Below are positions 53,555 to 64,000 of a stretch of 64,000 nucleotides of DNA, in pieces. The stretch is from the human T2T-CHM13v2.0 reference genome, Homo sapiens, in NCBI RefSeq assembly GCF_009914755.1, contig NC_060941.1; one strand, 5' to 3'. The position numbers and the translations under genes are program-made. How positions within the stretch are numbered: the first letter of the stretch is position 1; each line of letters opens with the position of its first letter. The notes beneath the pieces were generated by a model. The model did not search any database and was not told the DNA's origin. It saw only the letters and a list, made by a program, of their open reading frames with translations.

Positions 53555-54160
53555 TGTGCCCAGAATTGTCTCCTTCTGGTGGGTTCTCGGTCTCCCTGCC
53601 TTCAAGAATGAAAGGGCAGACCCTACTGGTGAGTGTTACAGCTCTTAAAGATGGTGTGTCGGGAGTTTGTTCCTTCAGGTGTTCAGCTGCGTCTGAAGTT
53701 TCTTCCTTCCGGTGGGCTCCTGGTCTGGCAGACTTCTAGAGTGAAGCTACAGACCTTCGCAGCCAGCGTTACAACTGTTAAAAGTAGTGCGGACCCAAAC
53801 ACTAAACAGCAGCAAAACTCATTCGGAAGAGCAAAAGAACAAACTACCACACCGTGAAAAACACCCCTTGCATTTCGGCGTCTGGCTCGGGTGCGCTGCA
53901 TTTATTCTCTTATTTGGCCCCACCCACATCCTGCTTATTGGTCCATTTTACAGAGAGCTGATTGGTCCATTTTACAGAGAGCTGATTGGTCCATTTTTCA
54001 GAATGCTGATTGGTCCGTTTTTACAGAGTGCTGATTGGTATGTTTACAAACCTCTAGCTAGACACAGAGTGCTGATTGGTGCATTTCCAATCCTTTAGCT
54101 AGACAGAAAAGTTCCCCAAGTCCCCACCTGACCCAGAAGGCCAGCTGGCTTCACGTCTTA
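53555..54160 (-). mobile_element. LTR12 (HERV9) solo LTR
   Basis: GAGTGTTACAGCTCTTAAAG, GTGCGGACCCAAA, tandem GCTGATTGGTCCATTTTACAGA units, GCTAGACACAGAGTGCTGATTGG; near 4-bp TSD TTAC / TTAA. Confidence 0.93.
53895..54080 (-). promoter_or_regulatory. LTR12 U3 promoter/enhancer with six CCAAT (NF-Y) boxes
   Basis: ATTGG at 53937, 53961, 53985, 54009, 54034 and 54075; AT-rich TATA-like element at ~53900. Activity is inferred from family knowledge only. Confidence 0.6.
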
Positions 54161-54993
54161 TTAACATCCTGAACTCCAGGGTTGGTACCCACAGGGTAGT
54201 AAGTTGACCACCAGACCACTTTATACAGCATCCAAACTGGCATGGAGAACTCAGACTCCATTCAGATGGATATCAATTCCATCTGGATCTAATTAAATGC
54301 AAAGGACCCAGCATCACAAATACAGGTGGCAGGTAAGACTCAAAGTCAGGAGTGCAGCACTGCTGCAACTCTGGGTATAGAGTTCTATGAGAGCAGGGCT
54401 TTGACCATTGTGGTGGGAGAGATGTATGCAAAGAGGGAGCGGAAGGAAAGAGCTGGGGACTAGAGATCTGAGTAGAAACCGCACTACAGGTGGCATCAGT
54501 ATCATGAAAGAATGCAAATGATGTTACTTGTAGATGTGTGGGTCCCCAGGGCCCACACTAGGCAAATTGGATGATGGGTCTGTTGCACTAAAACCAATGC
54601 CAGGCTGCACTCATGAGTGACGCTGAGGGTCCTAATGGCTCCCTGCACCTATCAGGTTAGCTCAGGATTAGGAGGAGTTAAGAATGAGAGTGAAGACTCA
54701 ATGACCCCAGCTCAGCACCTCCTCCTCACTCTTGTTTTTGTGACCCTGGGGTCCCCAGGTACTTCTTCAGTGGGATCTCACTCTTGCTGCGTCTCAGCTA
54801 ATATAAGATAAGGTGGTAGTAATGTCTTATTGTAGCACCTCCCCAAGATATGAAAAATAACTAAGTTCTTTTTATTAAATGGCTTAAAGGCCTATGGGAT
54901 ACAAGCACTACAAGTGTAATAGTGTCATCTGCATAGGGGCACCTACCCAGGGTTAATGGGCCACGGTCATGTAGATACCACCTTTTTGGTTTA

Positions 54994-56235
54994 TGCGGTA
55001 GGCAAAATTTTTAAAATGTCCCCATCCTCAAGATCACACCTCTAATCTCTAGGATCTTTGAATAGGCTGAGATACCACGTCCATGAATATGTTACATTTA
55101 CAGCAAAAGAAGTTTTGCAGATGTAATTAAGGTTACTAATTAGTTGACCTTAAAATAGGAAGATTAGCCTGGATTATCTGGGTGGGCTCAATGTAATCCC
55201 ATGTGTTCTTAAAGGCAGAAGAGGAGGACAGCAGGTGAAGTCAGAGAGATTCAAAGCACAAGGATTCAACTTTCTGTTGCTGGCCTTGAAGATGCAGGAG
55301 GCCATGAGCCAAGGAATGCAAGCAGCCTCTGGAAGTTGAAAACGACCCAAGTGCTCAGTCCTACAGCTGCATGGAACTGAAATCTGCCAACACCCTGAGT
55401 GATCCGGAAGTGGATTTTCTCCCAAAGCCTCCTGATAGGAGCCCCAGCCAGCTGACAGATTGACTTCAGCACTATGACATCAAAGAGCCCACCCAAGGCT
55501 GTTACTGGAAGGAGGGCCTTGAGTGTAAGTTATTCAGTTTCTTGGCGTTTTGAACAAAGAATTGGACAAAACACACAAAGTAACAAAGGACTGAAACATA
55601 GGAACGAAGTAGGGAAAGCAGGAATGTATTAAAGTGAAAAAGGACCCCACAGGGTGGGAGTGGGCCCAAGCAGGTGGCTCAAGGGCCCAGTTGCAAAGTT
55701 TTCTGGGTTTTAAGTTCTCCTGTTCAGATTCCTATTGGCTACCCTTTATCTGGATGAAGAATTTGGCCTGTGGCTAATTAAAGGATGAAGTGAATTGGTG
55801 TCCTATGCGATGAAGGGATGGTCCCTGCTTGGTCCTCGGCCCATCGAAGGCACTCTCCCTGTCCATCTGAGACATTGAGTAGCCTTTGCTCCTTTGCTAC
55901 TCTGGAGCGGGGAGGTGGGGTTTTTCCTTTTGGTTTAGCTTTAGGAAGTTGGTTTAATTGGCCTTAGCTTCCCTGACCGTAGACCCAGGTGCTATCCTTT
56001 TGATTCAGCTTTAGGAAGTCAGCACGAATTGGCCTCAGATTCCGTGTCCCCACACCTTGGTGTTTTTCCTGGATTCAGCACCAATTGTCCTTAAGTTCCC
56101 TGCCTCCAGACCCTTATTCTCCTTCCTGAAGACAGCTTGAACTTCTGACCCACAGAACTAGGAGCTAATAAATGAGTGTAGTTTTAAGCCACCGAGTTTG
56201 GCAATTTGTTACAACAGCTGTCGAAAATGAATGTA
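54994..56235 (+). mobile_element. MLT1D/E-type MaLR LTR split by MER51
   Basis: TTTGCAGATGTAATTAAGG, GGATTATCTGGGTGGGC, GAGCCAAGGAATGC; resumes AACTTCTGACC..AATAAAT..TTTTAAGCCAC..TTTGTTAC. Confidence 0.88.
55500..56129 (-). mobile_element. MER51-family (ERV1) solo LTR nested in MLT1
   Basis: TGTTAC...TCTTGGCGTTTTGAACAAAGAATTGGACAAAAC ... TTCCCTGCCTCCAGACCC.TATTCTCC; near 4-bp TSD AGGC / AGAC. Confidence 0.85.
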
Positions 56236-56259
56236 ATCTACAAAATAGGAGACTGTCAC

Positions 56260-56735
56260 TTAGGGGAGGGACAGTAATGCGTTGTGAGCACCTGGAGGGC
56301 AGAAACTGGGTGTTATTTATTTGGAGGCCTTACAGCCTGATATGTAGTAAATGCTCAATAAATATAAGTGAATGAATCAATGAATAAATGTTAAAAGGAT
56401 AAGCAAAGGAGCCAGGCTCAGTCTATAAATTAATGATTTCCCAAATAGCTGCAGATTCCAGGATGTGTTCAACCGAGAGGCAAGGGTGCTGAGAGGTTAG
56501 CGCTTAAGAGTCTGTTGTCTGGAGTCTGAGGTCTAATCTCAGTTTGGTCTGCTAGCTGTGTGACCCTTGGGCAAGTTACCTAACTTCTCTATGCCTTTAT
56601 TTTTCCACCTGCAAAGTTAGGATAGTAACAGTAACTACCTCATAGGGTTGTCACAAGGATTAACTAAAGGATGTACCTCAAGCTCTTAGAACAGTGGCTT
56701 GCCATAGTAAATATTCAGTACATATTTGCAATTAT
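56260..56735 (+). mobile_element. L2 tail and MIR
   Basis: AATGCTCAATAAATAT..GTGAATGAAT; GCTGTGTGACC.TTGGGCAAGTTACCTAACTTCTCT. Confidence 0.8.
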
Positions 56736-57743
56736 TTCACAGATGGAATCAAAATGATCTGATTTCAATTTTTGTTTCTCCAACAAGGTACTCGATTGGT
56801 CTCCACACCCCACCCCCTCATACACACTCATACACCCCCTCATACACATTCCAAAGCTTCATTTTCTCATTTATAAAACAAAGAGATGAACATTAAGAAC
56901 ATTCTTTATTTTAAAAACCTCTGTCATGTTAAAAAGCAGTGGGCACTGTTATTTTAATCTAGGCAAAGCCCTGTAGTTCTCACTGTTGCTGGCTTTTCAA
57001 AGTGGAATTCATCAGCAAATAACGTTACTAATGCTGCAAATGAGTGGGGCTGGGTGGGGTTGGGCTGGCTCTCACCCTGCCCTCCAGATGCAATGAGTGT
57101 GGGGACACTGGTGACTTCTACAAAGGCTCATTGAAAAGGTCCAGTCCAGCAGCGGCTTGGTCTAAGGTAAGGCTTCTTTTCTCATTGATTAGCTGAGCAG
57201 GGGGAGAGGAAGCTATTAGTTTTATTGTTGTTTTTCTTTATTGGACTCACAAGGCCTCAATGCCATAAACCCATAAACCAGAACTGGATACAATCTATTC
57301 TTAATTATACAGGGACAGATGATCTGCATTACAAATTGTCCACAGCAAACCTTGCTCACTAATTATTGATGAGATTGTCACTTGCCCTGCCTAAGCTCAT
57401 GTTGGCATAAATGGCCCCATTACTTACTGCGGACTTAGAAGGCCTTATATTAGAAATGCTTATGTGTGGTCATTTCTCTGCCTGCCTCCCTAGAAGAGAA
57501 GTTGCTTCGCAGTGGGCACTGTGCTATCTATGAAACACATTGAATGTATGCCCCAACCATGACCTTCCTTCCAGAACAGAGGAAGGGAGCCAAGCCAGCC
57601 ATTATAGCTATGTCTGTATTCAGCTCTAAGCATCAGGACCCAAACTCCAAGACAATGCCTGTCCTGTTTAGGCCAGTGTTTTGCATCGGTGTTTAGGGAA
57701 AATCTCTATAATAGAAACTATAGAAGGAGAGGGGACTGTCTTA

Positions 57744-57763
57744 GGGCATGTCAGAACATGCCC
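57744..57763. promoter_or_regulatory. Candidate p53/p63/p73 response element
   Basis: GGGCATGTCA GAACATGCCC: 19/20 match to RRRCWWGYYY x2, zero spacer, both cores CATG. Confidence 0.6.
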
Positions 57764-58229
57764 AGATTATTTCATAGCCCATAGCACCGAACATACCAAT
57801 GTTCAAGGGTGAGCACTCAAGCAGCTTGTGAAGCCCCAGGTAAATGATGCTCAGCTGCCACGGTTTCATTTTATTCAGTCACAGCATGGGCAATTAAGAA
57901 TAAACTGCATTTGATTTCTCTGTGGTTGAGAAAGGATCTTGATGAGATGTCATCCTGGGGCTGAGTGTGTAGGTCCCAGGCAGACATGTTCTGGGCTCCT
58001 GGAGCTGAGGGTGGGGATGAGCAAGCCTCTGCTTGGGTTTATCTCAGCCAGAGCTACAGGCCTTTTGGATTGTTTTCTTTCCTGTGCCCTAGCCTTGAAC
58101 TCTTGGCACAGTTCGGAAATCCGTTTTCATAAAACCGATTTATTTTTCCATTTATTTGATTAATTGAAATTGCTAATACTCTGGCCTCTAGGTCATAAAC
58201 ACTGGATAATAAAACCCCCTCTACATCTG

Positions 58230-58400
58230 TCCAGTATTTTAGTGTTCACTAAGCATTTCACATCCATCATCTCAAAGGTAGGCAGGGAAGGGATCGCCAT
58301 CTTTAGTTCATGGAGAGGGTGACATGTGTTGTCAATGATTACAGTTAGTATGGAGCAGAGCTGGGGCTGGAAGCTGGTTCTTAGAGTCTGAGTCTAGTTC
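58230..58400 (-). mobile_element. MIR
   Basis: AAGCATTTCACATCCATCATCTCA...CAGTTAGTATGGAGCAGAGCTGGGGCTGGAA. Confidence 0.6.
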
Positions 58401-58405
58401 TCTTG

Positions 58406-58547
58406 TGGGGTGGCTAACAAGAGAATGAATGGCTCTTGTTGAAATTATTCCAGTTTACCCCAGGACTGAGTTGATTTTTAGGATCTGAGGCTTTTAATTT
58501 TAAAACTGGGTAAGTTCTGGGCAAATTGGGAGGAGCTTGTCACTCTA
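58406..58547. mobile_element. MER81-like hAT-Blackjack element with a short insert
   Basis: GGGGTGGCTAAC...CCAGTTTACCCCAGGACTGAG...TAAAACTGGG..AGTTCTGGGCAAA...GTCACTCTA. Confidence 0.65.
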
Positions 58548-59279
58548 CTTCAGAATCCCAGGGTGTCTGTTGTGATAGAGCCCTGTCACCTCCATCAGGT
58601 TCAGGGGAGGGAGGTGGCATGTGACTTGGCACAGGTGAGGCAGATGTTGTACCTGGAGCAGCCAACCAGGGCTGCTAGCTGAGAACAGCCAGAAGAACCT
58701 TATGGATGATCAGAGAGTGGCAGGAGATCCATCTAAGTCAGATCTTGGGGTTTGATGGGTTGTGGAGGGACAGGAGGTACTGGTGATGGAGTGACCCCTC
58801 CTGCCTAGGCTGCTTGTGGAGACAGTTCGTAGGAGAAGGATTCGGAAGCCTGAGAGTGCTGAGCCGGAGAGGGGACACTAACAGGAACTGCCTGGCAAGA
58901 AAGACCCATGAGAGAGACACCGATGGCCTAAAGACAAAGACAGGGCAGAGGCACCATGGTGGATTGATGGGATGATGGGGGATGGAGGGAAAACGTCAGA
59001 GAAGGAGCAGACAGAGAGAGGAGGGAGGGTCCATGAGGTAGTTTCAGTTGGAGAAGAGTTTTGGGGCCCTCACTTGCCATCCACAGAATCTCTGTCCTTG
59101 TGGGCTACAGCCTCCTTCCCTCCAGCCTAGAGATTAAACCCTTCCTAATAAACCAGCCAATCTAATTTAGTTGGGGTGGAAGGAGAGGGAAAATGATTTG
59201 TTCAAAGTGGCCTGAGCCTGAGCTGAGTCTTGAGCTCTCCAGTCCAGGTTAATGGGCTTTTAGCCTTGAATCAGGGCAA

Positions 59280-59311
59280 GAGCCAGGCAGGCCACGAGCC
59301 AGGCAGGCCAC
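59280..59311. repeat. Perfect 16-bp tandem duplication
   Basis: (GAGCCAGGCAGGCCAC)x2. Confidence 0.95.
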
Positions 59312-60399
59312 GTGGCTCATGGATGTACTCCCTTGTCAGCCTCACTGTGTCCTTGACCCAGTCCCAGGACCTCTGGCCCTGGGAACTTAGATGCCTTCCC
59401 CAGTCTCTGAAGGATGGGATCTCATGTCTTGGTTCCATTCCCTTGCTTGTTAGCATTTTGCCTTTATTAATTTGAAGAAATTCAAATCTTATTGAGAAAT
59501 CATTAAGTTAAACCAAACCCAGAACAAATCAACTGAGTAGAAAATTGCAGATACCAGCTGCACTTTTTCCTTCCCACCCAGAGTGGAGAAAGGACTGTTT
59601 TTGTGATTACCACAGAGGCAAGCAGGGAGAGTGAGGCACCTGCACTGGGCATGTGGTCACCATGTGACTGGCCAGAAAGCCCCAGGAGTTGGTTGCAATA
59701 TGGGAAACCGTGTAATGCTGCAGGGAATATAAATAAGACAGAAGGAATCAGCTAACAGATGGGATTTCTTATCCTTTTTTGTTATGGCAACCAGGTAGGA
59801 TGTTATAACCTGCATTTTAGTTTTCCCTTCTGCCCTCTAGTCTCGATGTTTTATCTAATTTGTAGTTTTCTTAGTCTTGATATATTTAATTTATATCTTT
59901 TACTTTATTACATATATGTCTTGAAAGCTGCTTCAAATCCTCTGTGGAACAAAGTGAGGAATAAATATACAGTCTGACGAGCCTCTCCACTAGTGTCCTT
60001 TTTGGAGCGTAGTGCCACAGTATAAGACTAAGTAACTAGGGAAGAAGGATGGCGGAGTGGTCATGCATGCCTCCGCAATACCTTGTCTCAGTTGGTGTGC
60101 AGAAGGGGGCACTCAGCCACCTCTAAGTTGTGCCAGTGCTTCCTAGACTCAGGAGAAGCAAGTGAACATGGCTCTGTGTGAGCTGGCAAAGAAGAGTGTC
60201 CACCGCAGCTCTTGGCTCCTGGCGCAAAGTCACCCTGTCTCAGGATCTTATTGAATTGTGATTTCATGAATATCCTCATAAAGAAGCCAGTCTATCTTTC
60301 TGGAGCTTTTTTCTGGAGCTTCTGGGTTCTCATATTTTATATTCTCAGTCTGAGTTTACCATCTAGGGGGGCAGGGGGACCTATTGTAACCTGCTCGGG

Positions 60400-61080
60400 T
60401 GAATTGAGATACGTCTTATAAAATTCTTGGGTTATTGCAATAGCTTCCTAACTAGCATCTCTGCTTCATTCTTGCCTCCCTACAACCCACTGATTGATCA
60501 TTAAAAAAATGTAAATCATCACTATGCCACTTCCCTCTGTAGAACCTTGCATTGCTCTTGGCGTAAAATCCATGGTTCTTCCCAGGCTTTCAAGACCCTG
60601 CGTGATCTGGACCCTACATATTCTTGTCTCCCTTGTCATTCTTCTTTTGGCTTTCTGAATATGCCCAATGTATTCCTGTCTTGAGTTTTTGCTTTGCTTC
60701 TTCAATTATTATTGCTTGTTACAGGATTTTCCTGTTTCTTCATGTAGTAAGTTCTTTCTTATTCTTTAGGTCTCAAATCTCATCTTAGACATGCCTTCTC
60801 TCCCAATCCATCTAAACTGGCTCCATCCCTTTCACTCTGCTCGACCTCAAAATTATCCATCACATCATGCTACTTACATCCAGCATTTACCACGATCTGC
60901 AATTATCTTCTTTATTTTCTCATTTGTTCATTATACACCTCTCTGAGCAGTATATAAGCTTCAGAGGGCAGAGACTTGATCTGTTTTGATCTCAGCTATA
61001 ACTGAGCCACACCTAGTATCTAGAACTGTGGCTGGCATGTAGGAAGTTCTTAATAAATATTTGTAAGATTAATGTATCAA
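60400..61080 (+). mobile_element. L2 3' region
   Basis: TTATTGCAATAGCTTCCTAACT, CAAGACCCTGCGTGATCTGG, TAATAAATATTTGT. Confidence 0.8.
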
Positions 61081-61090
61081 TGACTTAAAC

Positions 61091-61327
61091 CAAAAGTTCA
61101 CAAACTATGGCTCATGAACCAAATCCAGCCTGTTGCCTGTTTGTGTAAATAATGTTCTGTTGGAACACAGCCTATTCACTTACATATGTTACATGATTAT
61201 GTATTGTCTGTGGCTGTTTTTGGTGCTACCATGGCAGAGTTGAGTACTTGCAACAGAGATCATATAGCCTGCAATGCTGGAAATATTTACTATCTGATCC
61301 TTTACAGAAAATGTTTGTTGACCCTTG
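61091..61327. mobile_element. MER58A, full length
   Basis: CAAACTATGGC...TTGGAACACAGCC...GGCAGAGTTGAGTA...AAATATTTACTATCTG.CCTTTACAGAAAA; 8-bp TSD ACTTAAAC / GCTTAAAC. Confidence 0.9.
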
Positions 61328-61339
61328 GCTTAAACCATA

Positions 61340-61760
61340 ACCCTAACAATGGCTTAATCCATATGGGTATTTAGCGTTTCACTTAATGAGAAACAGAAGA
61401 TCTCAGGGTCAGTTCAGTGGCTCAGTGATGTCATTCAGAACTCACAGTCCTGCTATTTTGTGCTCCTCTGTGCTGGAAATATCTTGCCTCAAAGGTCTAA
61501 GATGGCTGCCACAGCTGTACACATGATGTCTTTACACATCAGAGTTGTAAGGAAAAAGGAGTTTAGTGAGAGCAAAAACTGGCTTTCACATGCTCAGCGC
61601 TTGCCCAGTGATTGACAAGAAGGTGATTGACTGCCATGATTGGCTTAGATTGGCTTAGATTGGCCGTGATTGACTGCCATGATTGGCTTAGGCCAGTCAT
61701 GATTCTTGCCTTGAGGTTGGGCATAACACTTGTAGTGAGCAGAGAAGAAGGCAGACCTCT
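61340..61760 (-). mobile_element. Ancient MLT1 (K-O-like) LTR remnant containing a local duplication
   Basis: AATGGCTTAA, CAGTGGCTCAGTGATGTCAT, AAGATGGCTGCC, CCATGATTGGCTTAG. Confidence 0.6.
61623..61691. repeat. Complex tandem duplication (26-bp x2 enclosing 10-bp subrepeats)
   Basis: GTGATTGACTGCCATGATTGGCTTAG at 61623-61648 and 61666-61691, separated by ATTGGCTTAG ATTGGCC. Confidence 0.95.
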
Positions 61761-62329
61761 GTCCACTTGTATGAATGAAGCATACTCAGTTTCCTCAAAC
61801 TCAAGGTGGTTGTGATTAAGGACTGAAGTTGTCTACTCTCTCCCCTTGATAGAATTAGAAATGGATGGGCACATTATTACTCTTTTTTCCTTTTCTAGCT
61901 TTCAGGGGGATCTTCTATCTAATCCTTCACCCTCTTCACCATTTTCCTCCCACTCGCTCCCAGCCTTGACCATGTAACATAACTTCAGGCAAGTAGATCT
62001 CAGCTGACTTCATAACAGTCTCACTTGATTCAGATTTTCCTAAGAGGACAGCCTGGCCTCATTATAAAGATTTAGGAACACCAGTTGGGACTGTAAAATG
62101 TTCCCAATTCTATTCCCCACCAGCCAAGTCTGATGCTTTAAACTCCACTATGCAAGGGACATTTTAGTTTAATGCATTGTTGTTCAGAATGTCTCTGTTA
62201 AAATGAATGGTATTTTCAAAAGACCATGCATGATGTGAGCTTATGGCTTAATCTCAAAGGTATGACATCACATATCATCTTGGACAACAGAAATCTTGAC
62301 CTTGAGAGGAGCAGGGAGAATGTTATCAT

Positions 62330-63390
62330 GGAAATAGCACAGAATCATGAGATACCTAGATTCCAGTTCTTGTTTGTCTGTTGCTCTGTTATCCACCTTA
62401 GGTAAATTCACTTTCTCTTTCTGGACCTCACCTCCCTCATCTGTTTGATGAAAGAGTTGGATTCAGTGATCTTTGAGGGCCCTTTCAGCTGGTGAAGAGG
62501 GATTGGCCACACACTTTGTACAGTTTCATGTCCACATCACTGCCTTCATTCACTCCTTATTTCTTGAGCCATTCTTCCGATCCATATTTATTAAGAACTT
62601 TCCATGTGCTAGGAGTTTTCCTGGATGCTGGGAGGGTAGCACTCCTGCTCTCTTGAAGCCTACTGTCGAATGGGGAAGACAGAAAGAGTAAACAAGTAAT
62701 ATAACACCGTGAGACAAGTGTGAGGAAAGAGGAGACAAGATCGCATCACAGGCTCATTTCAGTCCAAGGCAGAGAGGGAAGGTGTTACCTTATACAAGGG
62801 GTCAAGTGTGGCTCCCCAGATATGGAGATGTTTGAGCCTGAAGGAAGATTCTGAGTTGACTAAGCTAAAAAAGTGTGGTGGGAGAAGAATCTCTCCAGTA
62901 GGGGTATTGGCATGTGTTAAGAACTGTTAGTAAACTGTGTATCATTTATGCTATATCAGGTTCACCATTTCTCAGTCAATTCACTTGCTGTGTGGCCCAT
63001 TCAAAATGACAATGGAAAGAAGAATCAGATAAATTTAAGAAGAACCTGAGCCAAGTTTATCCAACCAATCACCACTGGGATCACAGTTAATATCTATTTC
63101 ATTACTTAAATAAACATATACTATACATTTTAAGCATGCCACGTATATCAGATTCATTGCTTTAAAATAGAATTATCAAATTGTCACAATGTGCTAGGCA
63201 CTTGGCCAGAGCCAGAGAAGGGAAGTAGAAGAGGACACAGACCATAGTCTCCAGGAGCTCAGAGCTTAGTGTGGAGACAGTTGAGAACATTAACAGCACG
63301 AGTACAGTATGTTCCCAGGCACACAGAGGATGCTGACACTATCAGGCTGGGGCCAGGAAAGCTTTCAGAAGGCCATGAGCCCCCTGAACT
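62330..63390. mobile_element. MIR3 (plus) and L2 (minus) fragments
   Basis: CTCATCTG..GAGTTGGA..GATCTTTGAGGGCCCTTTCAGC; TTCATTCA..TATTTATTAAG..ATGTGCTAGG. Confidence 0.65.
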
Positions 63391-63394
63391 GAAA

Positions 63395-63980
63395 TTATTT
63401 CTTATTTATTTATTTTACTGTGGTAAAATAAACATAACAAAGTTTATTGTTTTAACCATTCTTATGTGTATCATTCAGAGGCATTGAGTACATACACAAT
63501 GCTATACAACCATCACCACCATCCATCCCTAGAAACCACTCATCATCCCAGACAGAAACCCTGTGCCCGTGCAGCAAACACTCCCCATTTCCCAATCACC
63601 CCAGCTCCTGGAAACCTCGATTCTACTTTCTGTCTCTGTGAATTTGCCTACTCTAGACACTTCACATAAATGGAATCACACAGTATTTATCTTTCTGTGT
63701 CTGGCTTGTTTCACCCAGAACAATGTCCTTAGGATTCATCCAAGTTGTATTACGAATCAGTATTTCCTTCCTCTCAAAGGCTGAATAATATTCATATATA
63801 TATATTCACACACCACATTTTGTTTAGCCATTCAACTGTTGATAGACACTTGGGTTGTTTCTACCCTTTGGCTACTATGAACACAGCTGTACAACTGTCT
63901 ACTTCAGTGCTTGATTTCAGTTCTTTTGGGTGCATACCCAGGAGTGGAATTGGTAGATCATATGATAATTCTATTTGAAC
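63395..63980 (-). mobile_element. L1MB-type 3' end
   Basis: TGTGGTAAAATA.ACATAACA, AACCATCACCACCATCCAT, AAATGGAATCA.ACAGTATTT, ATACCCAGGAGTGGAATTG.TAGATCATATG. Confidence 0.9.
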
Positions 63981-64000
63981 TGAATTTTGAAGGCTAAGAA

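Noticed and set aside
53930-54080. Regularly spaced ~24-bp repeats superficially like a CRISPR array
   Set aside because: Contiguous LTR12 U3 tandem units without unique spacers, in mammalian DNA
54263-54285. 8-bp inverted repeat CAGATGGA / TCCATCTG
   Set aside because: Expected by chance several times in 64 kb
58571-59190. Possible ancient ERVL/Gypsy-like LTR (purine-rich, with AATAAA)
   Set aside because: Ends and family cannot be supported from sequence alone

Overview
Hominid (human-like) non-coding genomic DNA, either intergenic or deep intronic. I found no credible protein-coding exon, RNA gene or CpG island. The ORFs I could assign derive from L1 or Alu, and the rest look like chance ORFs. 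Much of the window is transposon fossil: many MIR and L2 copies, old L1M, hAT/Tc2 DNA transposons (MER5, MER20, MER58, MER63, MER81, Kanga1), MaLR LTRs, six Alu dimers plus a FLAM monomer, solo LTRs (MER9, LTR12, MER51) and a young 5'-inverted L1PA2-type insertion. Repeat family names come from my recollection of consensus sequences, not from a search, and boundaries of ancient repeats are approximate. The most unusual structure is a 153-bp MER11 (HERV-K11) remnant at 32160-32312 that has the same U5 terminus at both ends in inverted orientation. It resembles a MITE and sits in a near target-site duplication (TSD). There are also several locally templated insertion or duplication scars, including a perfect 50-bp copy at 1462 from 3793 and a 22-bp copy at 53417 from the neighbouring LTR12. 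A near-perfect p53-family element lies at 57744-57763, and several repeat-free blocks look enhancer-like. I could not identify the chromosomal locus, and I do not claim a new biological system.
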